A stretch of 56,204 bases of DNA from a virus. Positions 45,274-53,789 of the stretch are shown here, in pieces. Where the stretch lies: positions 1 through 56,204 of the IMG/VR virus record IMGVR_UViG_3300017417_000001; one strand, written 5' to 3'. The position numbers and the translations under genes are program-made. Positions within the stretch are counted from its first letter, which is position 1, and every line of letters begins with the position of its first letter. The notes below the pieces were generated by a model. The model ran no database searches. It was given only the letters and a program-made list of their open reading frames with translations, and was not told where the DNA came from.

Positions 45274-45650
45274 CGACGCTTCTCCGGCTGAAGGTCGGCG
45301 AGGACGGCCGCGCGCTCGACAGCGTCGGTGGCCAGCCGGTGCACGTGAAATTCGGTGACGGTCTTCGGCTGGCCATCGACGAAGGCACGCGCCGCGGTCA
45401 GGTCGGCGCAGCACTCGACGCGGACGCGCTTGGCGATGCCGTCATCGTTCCCGACCCCGTCGCGGCGGACGGCGATGACCACCGCCTCGACGAGCTCTTC
45501 CGCGTCGACAGCGGAGGCTTGATGAATGCCGACGACGTAGCGGCGGCCGGACGTGCCCCGCCAAGCCGAGAGAGCCAGAGCGGGCGTGCCGCGCAGGCCG
45601 GCCATGGTGCGGAGCCGCTCCTCGCGCGGCAGGGTCTGAGCGGCCGACAT
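45270..45650 (-). CDS. Hypothetical early protein
   Basis: ATG at 45650 with an ATGA overlap. 126 aa. Confidence 0.55.
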   Translation of the reverse strand: MSAAQTLPREERLRTMAGLRGTPALALSAWRGTSGRRYVVGIHQASAVDAEELVEAVVIAVRRDGVGNDDGIAKRVRVECCADLTAARAFVDGQPKTVTEFHVHRLATDAVERAAVLADLQPEKRR

Positions 45651-45931
45651 CACGCGGCCTCCGTCTTGGCGCCGCACGGCTCGGTGAAGTCGGCGTCCTC
45701 GCCGCCGAGCACCTCGGCACCGCAGGTGAATCGCCAGGCGCCCCAACCGGTGTTGAAGCCCGGCGAGCGGCAGGCGGGGCATTCCACCTGGCGCAGGTCG
45801 AGATAGTCGCCGAAGCCCGCGCCCTGCTGTGACGCGACGCAGACGGCCAGCAGCGCGATGCGCCGATCGCCTGCGAGGTTGGTGCAGCTGTCGCCATCGA
45901 CAGCGAAGCGGAAGATGCGCTCGGCGGCCAT
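45650..45931 (-). CDS. Hypothetical Cys-rich (zinc-ribbon-like) protein
   Basis: 93 aa containing CPACRSPG...FTCG. Confidence 0.55.
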   Translation of the reverse strand: MAAERIFRFAVDGDSCTNLAGDRRIALLAVCVASQQGAGFGDYLDLRQVECPACRSPGFNTGWGAWRFTCGAEVLGGEDADFTEPCGAKTEAA

Positions 45932-45933
45932 GG

Positions 45934-46140
45934 CTATGCGGCCTCCCGCAGTTGCTCGGCCTCAAACTCGGCCTGGCCAGCAGCCTCAGCGGCGTCCGCG
46001 TCGAGCCGGTCGTGGGCGAACCCGTAGGCGTCGGCCTCGCTCGCGAAGCCGCTCTCGATCAGGGCGCCGTCGAGCCAGACCGCGTAGCCGCGGCGGAGCT
46101 CGGTGACGGCATAGGGGGCGATGTCGAAAAGGGGGCGCAT
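45934..46140 (-). CDS. Small acidic hypothetical protein
   Basis: 68-aa ORF. Confidence 0.5.
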   Translation of the reverse strand: MRPLFDIAPYAVTELRRGYAVWLDGALIESGFASEADAYGFAHDRLDADAAEAAGQAEFEAEQLREAA

Positions 46141-46643
46141 CAGCGATCCCCCTCGTCAAAAGCCTCAGGCGAAATCGCTTGGGCTCGCGCCCAAACATCA
46201 GCGCATCGCTCGTGGCCCAAAAGTTCGTAGGCGGCCTTGACGAAGGCCCCGCGCTTGGCGTCGACCTTTAGGCTGTTCGCCGCCATGTGATTGGCGTGCG
46301 ACCGGTTCTTCTCCACCACCCGGAGCTGCCCGATGCGCTCCTGAACCCGAGGCCGCTGCAGCTTGCGGACCTTCAGCGCGCGGGCGGCGCGCTTCCGCCA
46401 TTCTGGGTCGCCCTGGAAATCCGCGAGCTGCGCTTCGATCGACAAAATGGAGGAGTCGATCTCGTCCAAGACGCTGCGGCCCTCTTCAGCCGTCGCGATC
46501 TCTGAAATCTCAACCGCGTCTCCGGACTGAAGGATCACGGTCGTAAGGCCTGGCGCACGAGCCGGGGTCTCAGCCTGCCCGAGATCAATCAGGCGACGAG
46601 GAAACGTCCGCACGGTCAGCGAGGGGCGGATCAGGGCGGCCAT
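46140..46643 (-). CDS. Hypothetical early protein
   Basis: ATG at 46643 with an ATGA overlap. 167 aa. Confidence 0.55.
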   Translation of the reverse strand: MAALIRPSLTVRTFPRRLIDLGQAETPARAPGLTTVILQSGDAVEISEIATAEEGRSVLDEIDSSILSIEAQLADFQGDPEWRKRAARALKVRKLQRPRVQERIGQLRVVEKNRSHANHMAANSLKVDAKRGAFVKAAYELLGHERCADVWARAQAISPEAFDEGDR

Positions 46644-46867
46644 CAGCGCACCACCCGAACGATGGCGCCGAGCCGGCAGCCGGCTTCGTGGCCGATCCGC
46701 TTGGGGCCGCCGCAGCGTGGGCAGCCCGGCTCGGCGGCGCCGGCCTCGCAGCGGATCTGCGCCGACCACTCCAGGGCGACGACCTCAGCGCGGCCGCGGG
46801 CGACCTCGTGGTTGAGCACGGCCTGGAAGAACTTGCGCTCGACGGCGCGGGCTGCGGCGCCGGCCAT
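46643..46867 (-). CDS. Small Cys-containing hypothetical protein
   Basis: 74 aa containing CPRCGGPK..GC. Confidence 0.5.
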   Translation of the reverse strand: MAGAAARAVERKFFQAVLNHEVARGRAEVVALEWSAQIRCEAGAAEPGCPRCGGPKRIGHEAGCRLGAIVRVVR

Positions 46868-47046
46868 CAGCGTGCGCCCTGCGAGACGCGGCGGGCGACC
46901 AGGATGTGATCGACGAGGCTACCACCGCCCCAGATGAAAGCGCCGACGCAGGCGATGCCGGCGGTCGCGTAGCCGACCATCTGCGTGGCCGAGGCGGTCG
47001 AGGTGGCGAGGTAGAGATCCAGGGCGTTGAGCATCGGGGGCTCCAT
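46867..47046 (-). CDS. Small hydrophobic protein, first ORF of the leftward early operon
   Basis: Not in the ORF track because it is under 60 aa. Hand translation gives MEPPMLNALDLYLATSTASATQMVGYATAGIACVGAFIWGGGSLVDHILVARRVSQGAR. Its stop overlaps the next start. Confidence 0.35.
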   Translation of the reverse strand: MEPPMLNALDLYLATSTASATQMVGYATAGIACVGAFIWGGGSLVDHILVARRVSQGAR

Positions 47047-47075
47047 CGGCTCGGTGAGCGGCGATGTCCGTCAGT

Positions 47076-47089
47076 ACCAATATATTGGT
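47076..47089. promoter_or_regulatory. Operator-like perfect palindrome ACCAATATATTGGT
   Basis: 14-bp perfect palindrome between the repressor gene and the first early gene. It contains a TATATT hexamer resembling a -10 element. Confidence 0.6.
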
Positions 47090-47099
47090 GTTCGCGTCA

Positions 47100-47113
47100 A
47101 CCAACAGATTGGT
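47100..47113. promoter_or_regulatory. Operator-like palindrome ACCAACAGATTGGT
   Basis: Same ACCAA-N4-TTGGT half-sites, centred 24 bp from the first site. A TTGACG hexamer on the minus strand overlaps it. Confidence 0.6.
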
Positions 47114-47121
47114 TCTCGCCT

Positions 47122-47150
47122 CCAAAAAAAAGCCCAGCGACGCTGAAGCG
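47122..47150 (-). terminator. Weak candidate terminator downstream of the repressor gene
   Basis: On the minus strand, a short CAGC-GTC-GCTG hairpin is followed by T8 (the A-run at 47124-47131 on the plus strand). The stem is very short. Confidence 0.25.
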
Positions 47151-47193
47151 TACTAGGCGGAAAAGGTGCAGCGCTGTGGACGAGTGTGGAGAA

Positions 47194-47964
47194 CTATCGC
47201 CTTGAGATCACTCCAGCCACCCGCCCTATGATGCGCACTGAACCATCCAGAATCAGCTCGATCGGCCGATAACTTGTGTTTCTAGAGCTGCATACGATGC
47301 GAGGCGGCTCATGCCCCCTTAGCAGTTCGACCTGTTTAATGATGACGCCATCACCATCGTTCACAGCGAAGATGCCACCTTGGCGCGGATCGGTGTCACG
47401 ACGATCTATAATCACGCGATCGCCCGACGAGAGTCCTTTGGCCGTTCCATCATCCATAGAGTCGCCGCGTACCTGCAGGATCTCCGAAGCTTCAAAACTC
47501 AGCCCCAATTCGCGCTCGACATACGCAGCAGGTAAACGCCACTGCTCTTTCTGCTTGTCGCTCGGTATTCCCTCATGGTTCCATTCCTCATCGGATCGAC
47601 CGCCGCCGTACGATGCACCGGCACGCAGATCGAGCTCCGGTATCGACGGCCAATCATAAAGCGTTGGATCAATGTGCCTAGTTGATGATTGTTCTCTTTG
47701 AGTTTTTGATACACGCTCTTTATGTGCATCCGGCCTTTGGTGGAATTTCTTCGGACCGCCCTCTGGTGTTTCGCCCTTTAACCATTCAACGGTTACGCCG
47801 CAAACTTTGGCAATTTCATAGATCTTTGTCGGCTTCTTAGAATTGCCGGCTTCTATAGCTTGAATGCTCGACTGTCCGGCCATGCTGACTCGCTCCGCAA
47901 GTTCGCCTTGCGTCAGTCCAGCCGCCTCGCGTGCAAATTGCAATCGGGAGCCAAGGGTATCCAT
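47194..47964 (-). CDS. CI/LexA-type repressor (XRE HTH plus S24 autopeptidase domain)
   Basis: Start chosen at MDTLGSRLQFAREAAGLTQGELAERV (HTH). The S24 motifs are LRAGASYGG (Ala-Gly), VRGDSM (Ser) and VIIKQV (Lys). G+C is lower than the genome background. Confidence 0.88.
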   Translation of the reverse strand: MDTLGSRLQFAREAAGLTQGELAERVSMAGQSSIQAIEAGNSKKPTKIYEIAKVCGVTVEWLKGETPEGGPKKFHQRPDAHKERVSKTQREQSSTRHIDPTLYDWPSIPELDLRAGASYGGGRSDEEWNHEGIPSDKQKEQWRLPAAYVERELGLSFEASEILQVRGDSMDDGTAKGLSSGDRVIIDRRDTDPRQGGIFAVNDGDGVIIKQVELLRGHEPPRIVCSSRNTSYRPIELILDGSVRIIGRVAGVISRR

Positions 47965-48030
47965 GCACCGCCGGTAGCGTCCATCTGACCAACTGTCCCC
48001 ACTGATTTTTTGGTTTTCTGGCTTGTGGAA

Positions 48031-48044
48031 ACCAAGGTATTGGT
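48031..48044. promoter_or_regulatory. Operator-like palindrome ACCAAGGTATTGGT in the divergent repressor/cro region
   Basis: Third copy of ACCAA-N4-TTGGT. A degenerate copy ACTGATTTTTTGGT lies at 48001-48014 and an extra TTGGT half-site at 48049-48053. Confidence 0.6.
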
Positions 48045-48058
48045 CTACTTGGTCAGGC

Positions 48059-48292
48059 ATGACGACGCCGAACCATGCCGCGTTGGCGCGGGCCATTGAG
48101 ATCTCTGGAACTCAAGCTGCCCTTGCTCAGGCAATCGGCAAGCGGCAGTCGCATGTTGAGTATTGGCTTAATAAGAGCAAGCACGGTGTGCCTGCCGAAT
48201 TGGTAGCCGCAGTGGAAGCCGCTACTGGTGTTCCGCGCCATGAACTGCGTCCTGATCTATTCTTCGCGCCTCATTCCGAAAAGGCCGCTTAA
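48059..48292 (+). CDS. Cro-like HTH protein (YdaS/Cro family)
   Basis: MTTPNHAALARAIEISGTQAALAQAIGKRQSHVEYWL, 77 aa, divergent from the repressor gene. Confidence 0.8.
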   Translation: MTTPNHAALARAIEISGTQAALAQAIGKRQSHVEYWLNKSKHGVPAELVAAVEAATGVPRHELRPDLFFAPHSEKAA

Positions 48293-48444
48293 TGCCGGCC
48301 TGGCTCGCCCTCCTCATCCAGATCTGGGCGCTCTGCTCCGCGGCCGTCCTCGTCAGCTGCGTCCTGCGCCTGCGCCCGGTCACCGTCGCGATCATGATGC
48401 CGCCTGTCGCCGGGCTCTTCCTGTTCGTGCGGGCGCTGGTCTGA
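48292..48444 (+). CDS. Small two-TM hydrophobic protein
   Basis: Hand translation gives MPAWLALLIQIWALCSAAVLVSCVLRLRPVTVAIMMPPVAGLFLFVRALV. A TAATG overlap joins it to cro. Confidence 0.4.
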   Translation: MPAWLALLIQIWALCSAAVLVSCVLRLRPVTVAIMMPPVAGLFLFVRALV

Positions 48445-48745
48445 TGGCGCCCGCCACATCATCGCGCTTCGGCGCGTCCGACCTCGACCGGGACGTCCGC
48501 AGGACCGTCTCGGGCGGAACCCGTTCGCCGGGCATGGGCCGAGAAAGCCCCGGCATCCTTTCGCGCGCTCTGCGTGCTCCGTCGCCCCGTCAGGGGCAGC
48601 CCCTCTTGGGCGTTTCCTCCCTGACTTGCCGGAGCCTTCGGGCCCCGGCCCTTTCTGCCGCACCTCTGCCGTCTGCCCGCCAAGACGTCGGCCGGGGTGC
48701 TCGTCGTGTGCCTGCGTATCGCCTGCTCCGTCGAGGAGCCTGCTG

Positions 48746-49177
48746 ATGTCGGCTGCAACCTCCATGTCCCTGGGCGCCACGGCCGCTCCTCCGATGCACA
48801 CAGCATCGGGGAAGAGCATGCGAACGTCTGAGTCGGCCGTGCGAAAGATTGGGGTGCTCGAACCCCAGGTGTTCGGAGCTCGCATCGCCGGGTTCCTGCG
48901 GTCCATCCACCCCATGAAGACCGCGGCCAACGTCGAGGCCGAAACCCGGATCTCGTCGCGCACGGTGTCGAAGTGGCTGGAGGGCGCCTCGTCGCCGGCC
49001 GGCAACGCCTACCACCGCCTGATCGAGGTCTACGGGCCCGAGCTGTTCGTGTTCGTGAACCCGGACGCCTCGCCTGCTTCGCTCCGCGAGGCCGCCCTCA
49101 TGTGCCGGCAGGCGCGCCTTGAGCGTCAGGTCGAAGAGAAGCAGCGCGAGATCGCCGCGCTGAGGGCCGGCCGATGA
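48746..49177 (+). CDS. Putative HTH regulator (cII-position)
   Basis: ATG preceded by GAGGAG at 7 nt. The HTH-like segment is TAANVEAETRISSRTVSKWLEG. 143 aa. Confidence 0.6.
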   Translation: MSAATSMSLGATAAPPMHTASGKSMRTSESAVRKIGVLEPQVFGARIAGFLRSIHPMKTAANVEAETRISSRTVSKWLEGASSPAGNAYHRLIEVYGPELFVFVNPDASPASLREAALMCRQARLERQVEEKQREIAALRAGR

Positions 49178-49386
49178 AGATCGAAGCCGCCATCCTTCGC
49201 GCCATCGCGCACCTGCTGCAGCACCTCGCAGACGGCATGTTCTGGTTCGGCAGCACCGTGGTCGATGGCGCGGCCGCCGTGCTCCGCGTCTCGCGCTCGT
49301 GCCTCGACCGGGCCCGCGAATGGGATCCGCGCCTCTGGGACCGCGATCACGATCCGCGCAGCGACACCCGGGAGCGCCGTCCGTGA
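49174..49386 (+). CDS. Hypothetical protein
   Basis: 70-aa ORF with an ATGA overlap. Confidence 0.45.
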   Translation: MKIEAAILRAIAHLLQHLADGMFWFGSTVVDGAAAVLRVSRSCLDRAREWDPRLWDRDHDPRSDTRERRP

Positions 49387-49461
49387 CGCTCCTCGCCCTC
49401 CGCTTCCCCGGCTGAAAGGCCCGCCCACGCGGGGCGCTCCCGCGCGACCTGGAGGCCCGCG

Positions 49462-49881
49462 ATGGCCGAGAAGCTAGCATCCAAGACCGACAAGCAAACC
49501 GGCGTGAACGCGACGGTGCTGCGCAGCCTCGTGAACGTCTGCAACGGCCACAAGCACGAGATGGACGAGTCCCGGGGCGAACTCGGCGCCGCGGTGAAGA
49601 AGGCCGAGGAGGTCCACGGCGTGCACCGCCGCGCCTTTAAGCTCTGCCTGTCCCTGGATCGGATGGAGGAAGCGGCCCGCGGCGATTTCCTACGGGCCTT
49701 CGACGACTACCGGACGAAGCTCGATCTGAACCCGCCGGCCGATTTGTTCGCCGAGGGTGAGGGCGACGAGGAGCAGCGCCGGGCGGCACAGGCTGGCAAG
49801 GCCGCGGCCGATGACAGCGTGGCGGAGAAGAACGCCAAGGCGCTGAAGGCCGGCATCAAGCAGCTCGACGCGGTGCACTGA
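49462..49881 (+). CDS. Hypothetical helical early protein
   Basis: 139-aa ORF with plausible composition. No motif recognised. Confidence 0.6.
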   Translation: MAEKLASKTDKQTGVNATVLRSLVNVCNGHKHEMDESRGELGAAVKKAEEVHGVHRRAFKLCLSLDRMEEAARGDFLRAFDDYRTKLDLNPPADLFAEGEGDEEQRRAAQAGKAAADDSVAEKNAKALKAGIKQLDAVH

Positions 49882-49884
49882 GCC

Positions 49885-50400
49885 ATGGCGCTGCCGAAGA
49901 TCCTCGCCCTCGACCTGGCAACGAAGTGCGGCTGGGCCGTCGGCTCGCCCGACGGTGAGCCGCGCTACGGCACGAAGGTCCTGCCTTCGACCGGCGAGGA
50001 CATCGGCCGCTTCGCCGCCGCCTACAACGAATGGCTCCTCGACATGATCACGCTGGAGAGCCCGGCGCTGATCGTGTTCGAGGCGCCGATCCTCGCCGGC
50101 CAGACCACCCTCACCACGGCGCGCAAGCTCGGTGGTCTGGCCTGGCACACCGAGTTCGTGTGCAACCTGCGCCAGGTGCGCTGCGCCGAGCACCACCTGC
50201 AGAGCGTCAAGAAGTTCTTCGCTGGCAGCGGCCGCGCCGACAAGGCCGCGATGATCGAGGCCGCCCGCCGCCATGGCTGGGCACCGAAGGACGACAACGC
50301 GGCCGACGCCCTCGGGCTCTGGTGCTGCGCTGTGCACGAGAAGGCGCCGCAGCATGGCAAGCGGTTCGCCCTCGGTGCCCTCGGGAGCCGGGCGGCATGA
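49885..50400 (+). CDS. RuvC-like Holliday junction resolvase
   Basis: ILALDLATKCGWAV carries the first catalytic Asp. FEAP and DDNAADALGLW are typical of phage RuvC-like resolvases. Confidence 0.78.
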   Translation: MALPKILALDLATKCGWAVGSPDGEPRYGTKVLPSTGEDIGRFAAAYNEWLLDMITLESPALIVFEAPILAGQTTLTTARKLGGLAWHTEFVCNLRQVRCAEHHLQSVKKFFAGSGRADKAAMIEAARRHGWAPKDDNAADALGLWCCAVHEKAPQHGKRFALGALGSRAA

Positions 50401-50975
50401 CCTGGCCCTTCGGCACGCTGCAGCCCTTCGGCTTCGACATGCTCATGGTCGATCCGCCGTGGGCCTTCGCGCTCCGCTCCGAGAAGGGCGAGGCGAAGAG
50501 CCCGCAGGCGCAGTACGCCTGCATGCCGCTCGACGCGATCAAGGCCTTGCCGGTCGCGCAGCTGGCACGCGGCGACGCCTTCCTCTGGCTCTGGGCCACC
50601 AACCCGATGCTGCCCCAGGCGCTCGAGGTGATGGCTGCCTGGGGCTTTACGTTCTCGACCTCCGGCGCGTGGGTGAAGACGACTTCCGGCGGCAAGCTCG
50701 CGTTCGGCACCGGCTACGTGCTGCGCAGCGCCTCCGAGCCCTTCCTGATCGGCAAGTTCGGCCGGCCGCGCGCCGGGCGCGCCGTGCGCAGCGTGATCAT
50801 GGCGCCGGTGCGCGAGCACAGCCGCAAGCCCGACGAGGCCTACGCCGCGGCCGAGGCCCTGCTGCCGGGCGCGCTGCGCCGCGCCGATCTGTTCTCGCGC
50901 GAGGCTCGGGCTGGCTGGACCGCCTGGGGGCATGAGGCGGGCAAGTTCGACGCCCCCGCCATGGCGGCGGAGTAG
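50397..50975 (+). CDS. MT-A70-family N6-adenine DNA methyltransferase
   Basis: ATG at 50397 (ATGA overlap). Catalytic DPPW in MLMVDPPWAF, plus LWLWATN and EHSRKPDE. 192 aa. Confidence 0.85.
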   Translation: MTWPFGTLQPFGFDMLMVDPPWAFALRSEKGEAKSPQAQYACMPLDAIKALPVAQLARGDAFLWLWATNPMLPQALEVMAAWGFTFSTSGAWVKTTSGGKLAFGTGYVLRSASEPFLIGKFGRPRAGRAVRSVIMAPVREHSRKPDEAYAAAEALLPGALRRADLFSREARAGWTAWGHEAGKFDAPAMAAE

Positions 50976-50979
50976 CACC

Positions 50980-52434
50980 ATGGCCCGCGATCCAGCCGCC
51001 GTCCTCCCGTTCCGCCAGCCCGAGGGCCAGGCCGTCCCGCCGCATAACATCGAGGCCGAGCGCGCGCTGCTCGGCATCCTGATGATGAAGCCGGACCAGA
51101 TCCCGGCCGTCACGCAGATCCTGCGCCCGGAGCACTTCTACTTCGCGGACCACCAGGAGGTGTTCGGGATCATCGAGGCGCTCGCCGCCGCCGGCAGCAC
51201 GTCGACTCCGATCACCGTGAAGGGCTACCTGCCGCGGCCGATGATCGGCGACCGCCCGGCGATCGCTTACCTGACCGGCTGCACCGACGAGTACTTCACC
51301 TCCGATGCGCCCGGGTACGCCCAGGTGGTGCGCGATCTCGCATCACGCCGCTCGCTTCTTGAGATCGCCGACGAGCTCGCGGAGAAGGCCCGGACCTCGA
51401 TTCCCGGCACGCTGGCGCAGGGCATCATCGACGAGACCGAGCAGGCGCTGCTCGACGTCCGCGCCGTGGTCCCGCAGGCGCACCTCGCCGGCCAGACCAC
51501 CGAGCAGGGCACGGCCTGGATGTTGGAGCGCATCTCCGGGCTGCGGTCCGGCTTGCTGCAGGTGACCTCGATCAGCACAGGCATCCCCGATCTGGACCGA
51601 GCCACCAACGGCGGCTTCCAGCGGGGGCAGCTCTACCTGCTGTCGGCTCGCCCCGGCATGGGCAAGACGGTCGCCCTGACCTCGCTCTCGCGCCTCGCGG
51701 CCCGGGACGCCGGCGTGCTCGTCTACCAGTGCGAGGTGACCCGCGATCAGCAGTGGGCCCGCTACCTCGCCGACCTCTCCTACGTCCACAACCGGCCGCT
51801 GACGTTCGGCAAGATCATGGCCGGCGTCGACCTCGACGACGAGGACGTCTGGCGCCTGGAGGATGCCGCCAAGCGCCTCGACCAGCTGCACCTCAAGCTC
51901 GAATGTGAGCCTTCGGTTAGCGTCGCGCAGATCACCTTCGGGGTGAAGCAGGAGAAGCGCCGGCTCGCGAAGCTGGGCGTGCGCCTCGGCGTCGTGTTCA
52001 TCGACTACCTGAAATACATCAAGGCGTCGGACCGCTACCAGGGCAACCGCGTCCTGGAGATCGGCGAGATCTCCGGCTCGCTGAAGCAGCTCGCGAAGGC
52101 CGAGGACGTCTGCATCGTCCTGCTGACCCAGCTGAACCGTCAGGTCGAGGCCGAGGGCCGCGCTGATCGCCGCCCGGGCCTCGCCGACCTCCGGGACTCG
52201 GGTGAGCTGGAGCAGGACGCCGATACGGTGATCTTTCTCTACCGCGAGGCCTACTACCTCGAGAAGAAGTTCAAGGCGACCGGCGACGCCGAGATCGGCG
52301 CCCGCCTGTTCGAGCGCCAGAACAGCCTCGAGATGATCCTCGGCAAGAACCGCTCCGGCCCGGCGACGACCCTCAATCTCTGGGTCGACGTGGCCTCCTC
52401 CAAGATCGCACCAACCACACAGGGGCTTGCCTGA
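50980..52434 (+). CDS. dnaB: Replicative DNA helicase DnaB
   Basis: N-terminus PPHNIEAERALLGILM, Walker A ARPGMGKT, plus LLTQLNR and DLRDSGELEQDAD. 484 aa. Confidence 0.92.
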   Translation: MARDPAAVLPFRQPEGQAVPPHNIEAERALLGILMMKPDQIPAVTQILRPEHFYFADHQEVFGIIEALAAAGSTSTPITVKGYLPRPMIGDRPAIAYLTGCTDEYFTSDAPGYAQVVRDLASRRSLLEIADELAEKARTSIPGTLAQGIIDETEQALLDVRAVVPQAHLAGQTTEQGTAWMLERISGLRSGLLQVTSISTGIPDLDRATNGGFQRGQLYLLSARPGMGKTVALTSLSRLAARDAGVLVYQCEVTRDQQWARYLADLSYVHNRPLTFGKIMAGVDLDDEDVWRLEDAAKRLDQLHLKLECEPSVSVAQITFGVKQEKRRLAKLGVRLGVVFIDYLKYIKASDRYQGNRVLEIGEISGSLKQLAKAEDVCIVLLTQLNRQVEAEGRADRRPGLADLRDSGELEQDADTVIFLYREAYYLEKKFKATGDAEIGARLFERQNSLEMILGKNRSGPATTLNLWVDVASSKIAPTTQGLA

Positions 52435-53393
52435 TGGCCCGTATTCGCTCGATCAAACCCGAATTCTGGACCTCGGAACAGGTCATGGAGTGTTCGACGA
52501 ACGCTCGACTGCTGTTCATCGGACTCTGGAATTTCTGCGACGACGCCGGCCGCATGGTCGCCTCCGACAAGCGGATCAAGGCGAGCGTCTTCCCGTCCGA
52601 CGACTTCACGGCCGAAACCGTTCGGCGAATGCTCGTCGAATTGTCGTCGAATGATCTGATACGGCTCTATGTCGTTGATGACAAAGAGTTCTTGCAGGTC
52701 ACGGGCTGGCACCACCAGAAGATTGACCGGCCCCAGAAGTCGAAAATCCCCGATCCGCCTGATCCCAATTCGCCGAACGGTCGTCGAACGATCGCCGTAG
52801 GAAGGGAAGGGAATGGAGTGGAGAGGAAAGGAGATAATCCCGGCGGCGGCGGCTCACCCCCGCGCGAGCCCGTGCGCGAGGCCCCGACCCGCCACCAGTC
52901 CGCGGCAGACCCGGCGGAAGCGGGCGCTGCGCCGCCCACTGATCGAGAAATCTACGACCGGATCGAGCGACGGTGCCGGGCGCTGCTGCCCCACGACTGG
53001 GTGAACGACGCCTACGCCGGGCCGATCGTGAAGCTCGTGGCCGATGGCGCCGACTTGGAGCGGGAGGTCGCCCCCGCCGTGCTCGACATCGTCGTCGGCA
53101 GGCGATCCCCGATTCGGACATGGGCGCTGCTGGCCAACGCGGTGGCCGAACGGGTCGCAGCACAGCGCAAGATTCGGGTCGCCGACGGCCTGTCGGCGAT
53201 GCCAGCAGCGCCAGTGGCCGAGGAGGACAAGATCGATCTCGGATCGCCCTACGGCGCCTACCCTGAGGCGACGCTGCGGGCCCTGGTCGAGAAGCACCGC
53301 GAGATGGGCGGATGGGTCGAGCACCTGTTCGGGCCGCCACCGGGCCGGCCTGGCTGCAAGATCCCGCCCCGCCTGCTGCTCGAGGCCGCGTGA
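52434..53393 (+). CDS. Putative replication initiator / replisome organiser
   Basis: The N-terminus IRSIKPEFWTSEQV...ARLLFIGLWNFCDDAGR is common in phage replication modules. The function is inferred from that motif and from its position after dnaB. Confidence 0.55.
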   Translation: MARIRSIKPEFWTSEQVMECSTNARLLFIGLWNFCDDAGRMVASDKRIKASVFPSDDFTAETVRRMLVELSSNDLIRLYVVDDKEFLQVTGWHHQKIDRPQKSKIPDPPDPNSPNGRRTIAVGREGNGVERKGDNPGGGGSPPREPVREAPTRHQSAADPAEAGAAPPTDREIYDRIERRCRALLPHDWVNDAYAGPIVKLVADGADLEREVAPAVLDIVVGRRSPIRTWALLANAVAERVAAQRKIRVADGLSAMPAAPVAEEDKIDLGSPYGAYPEATLRALVEKHREMGGWVEHLFGPPPGRPGCKIPPRLLLEAA

Positions 53394-53773
53394 TGGGCCG
53401 CCTCGCAACCCGCCCCGCCCCGAAGTCCGGCGCCGCGCTCCGTTACGAGCAGCAGCGCCGGGAAGCGACCGAAGCGCTGCGGGCTCAGGCCGCGCAGCAC
53501 GTCCAGGTGACCGCCCCGCCGCGGCCGGCTCATCCTGTCGGCGCCTGGCCGATCGCCGACCTGCGCGAGGGCCAGTGCCGATTCGCCTGCACCGGCTTCC
53601 ACGCCCGGCCCGAGCAGCACCGGTTCTGCGGCGAGCCCGTGGCCTGGAAGGGGGGCAAGCCGACCAGCTGGTGCCGGGAGCACCTGCCGGTGATCAGCGG
53701 CGCGCCGGGGCGGCATGCCGGTGGGGCGAGCGTGGCGGACGTCGAGGCTCAGCAAGCGGCGAAGGGAGCGTAG
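53393..53773 (+). CDS. Protein resembling the GcrA C-terminal domain
   Basis: WPIADLREGQCRF....HRFCGEPVAWKGGKPTSWCREH parallels the GcrA C-terminal signature (C.WP.G....F.FCG.....G.PYC..H). No GcrA-like N-terminal DNA-binding domain is evident. Confidence 0.6.
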   Translation: MGRLATRPAPKSGAALRYEQQRREATEALRAQAAQHVQVTAPPRPAHPVGAWPIADLREGQCRFACTGFHARPEQHRFCGEPVAWKGGKPTSWCREHLPVISGAPGRHAGGASVADVEAQQAAKGA

Positions 53774-53789
53774 CGTGGTCGGACGCCGG

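Noticed and set aside
48059-48444. A YdaS-like HTH protein plus a small hydrophobic ORF acting as a toxin-antitoxin pair.
   Set aside because: The HTH gene sits divergently from a CI-type repressor with shared operators, which is the classical Cro position. The 50-aa ORF is itself uncertain. Nothing specific supports a toxin-antitoxin function.
48228-49005. Track ORFs 48228..48746 (+), 48289..49005 (-), 48459..48806 (-) and 48590..49480 (-) as genes.
   Set aside because: Their compositions are R/P/S/G-rich and unlike protein, and no ribosome-binding sites are evident. They conflict with better-supported neighbours (cro, the small TM ORF, and the HTH gene starting at 48746).
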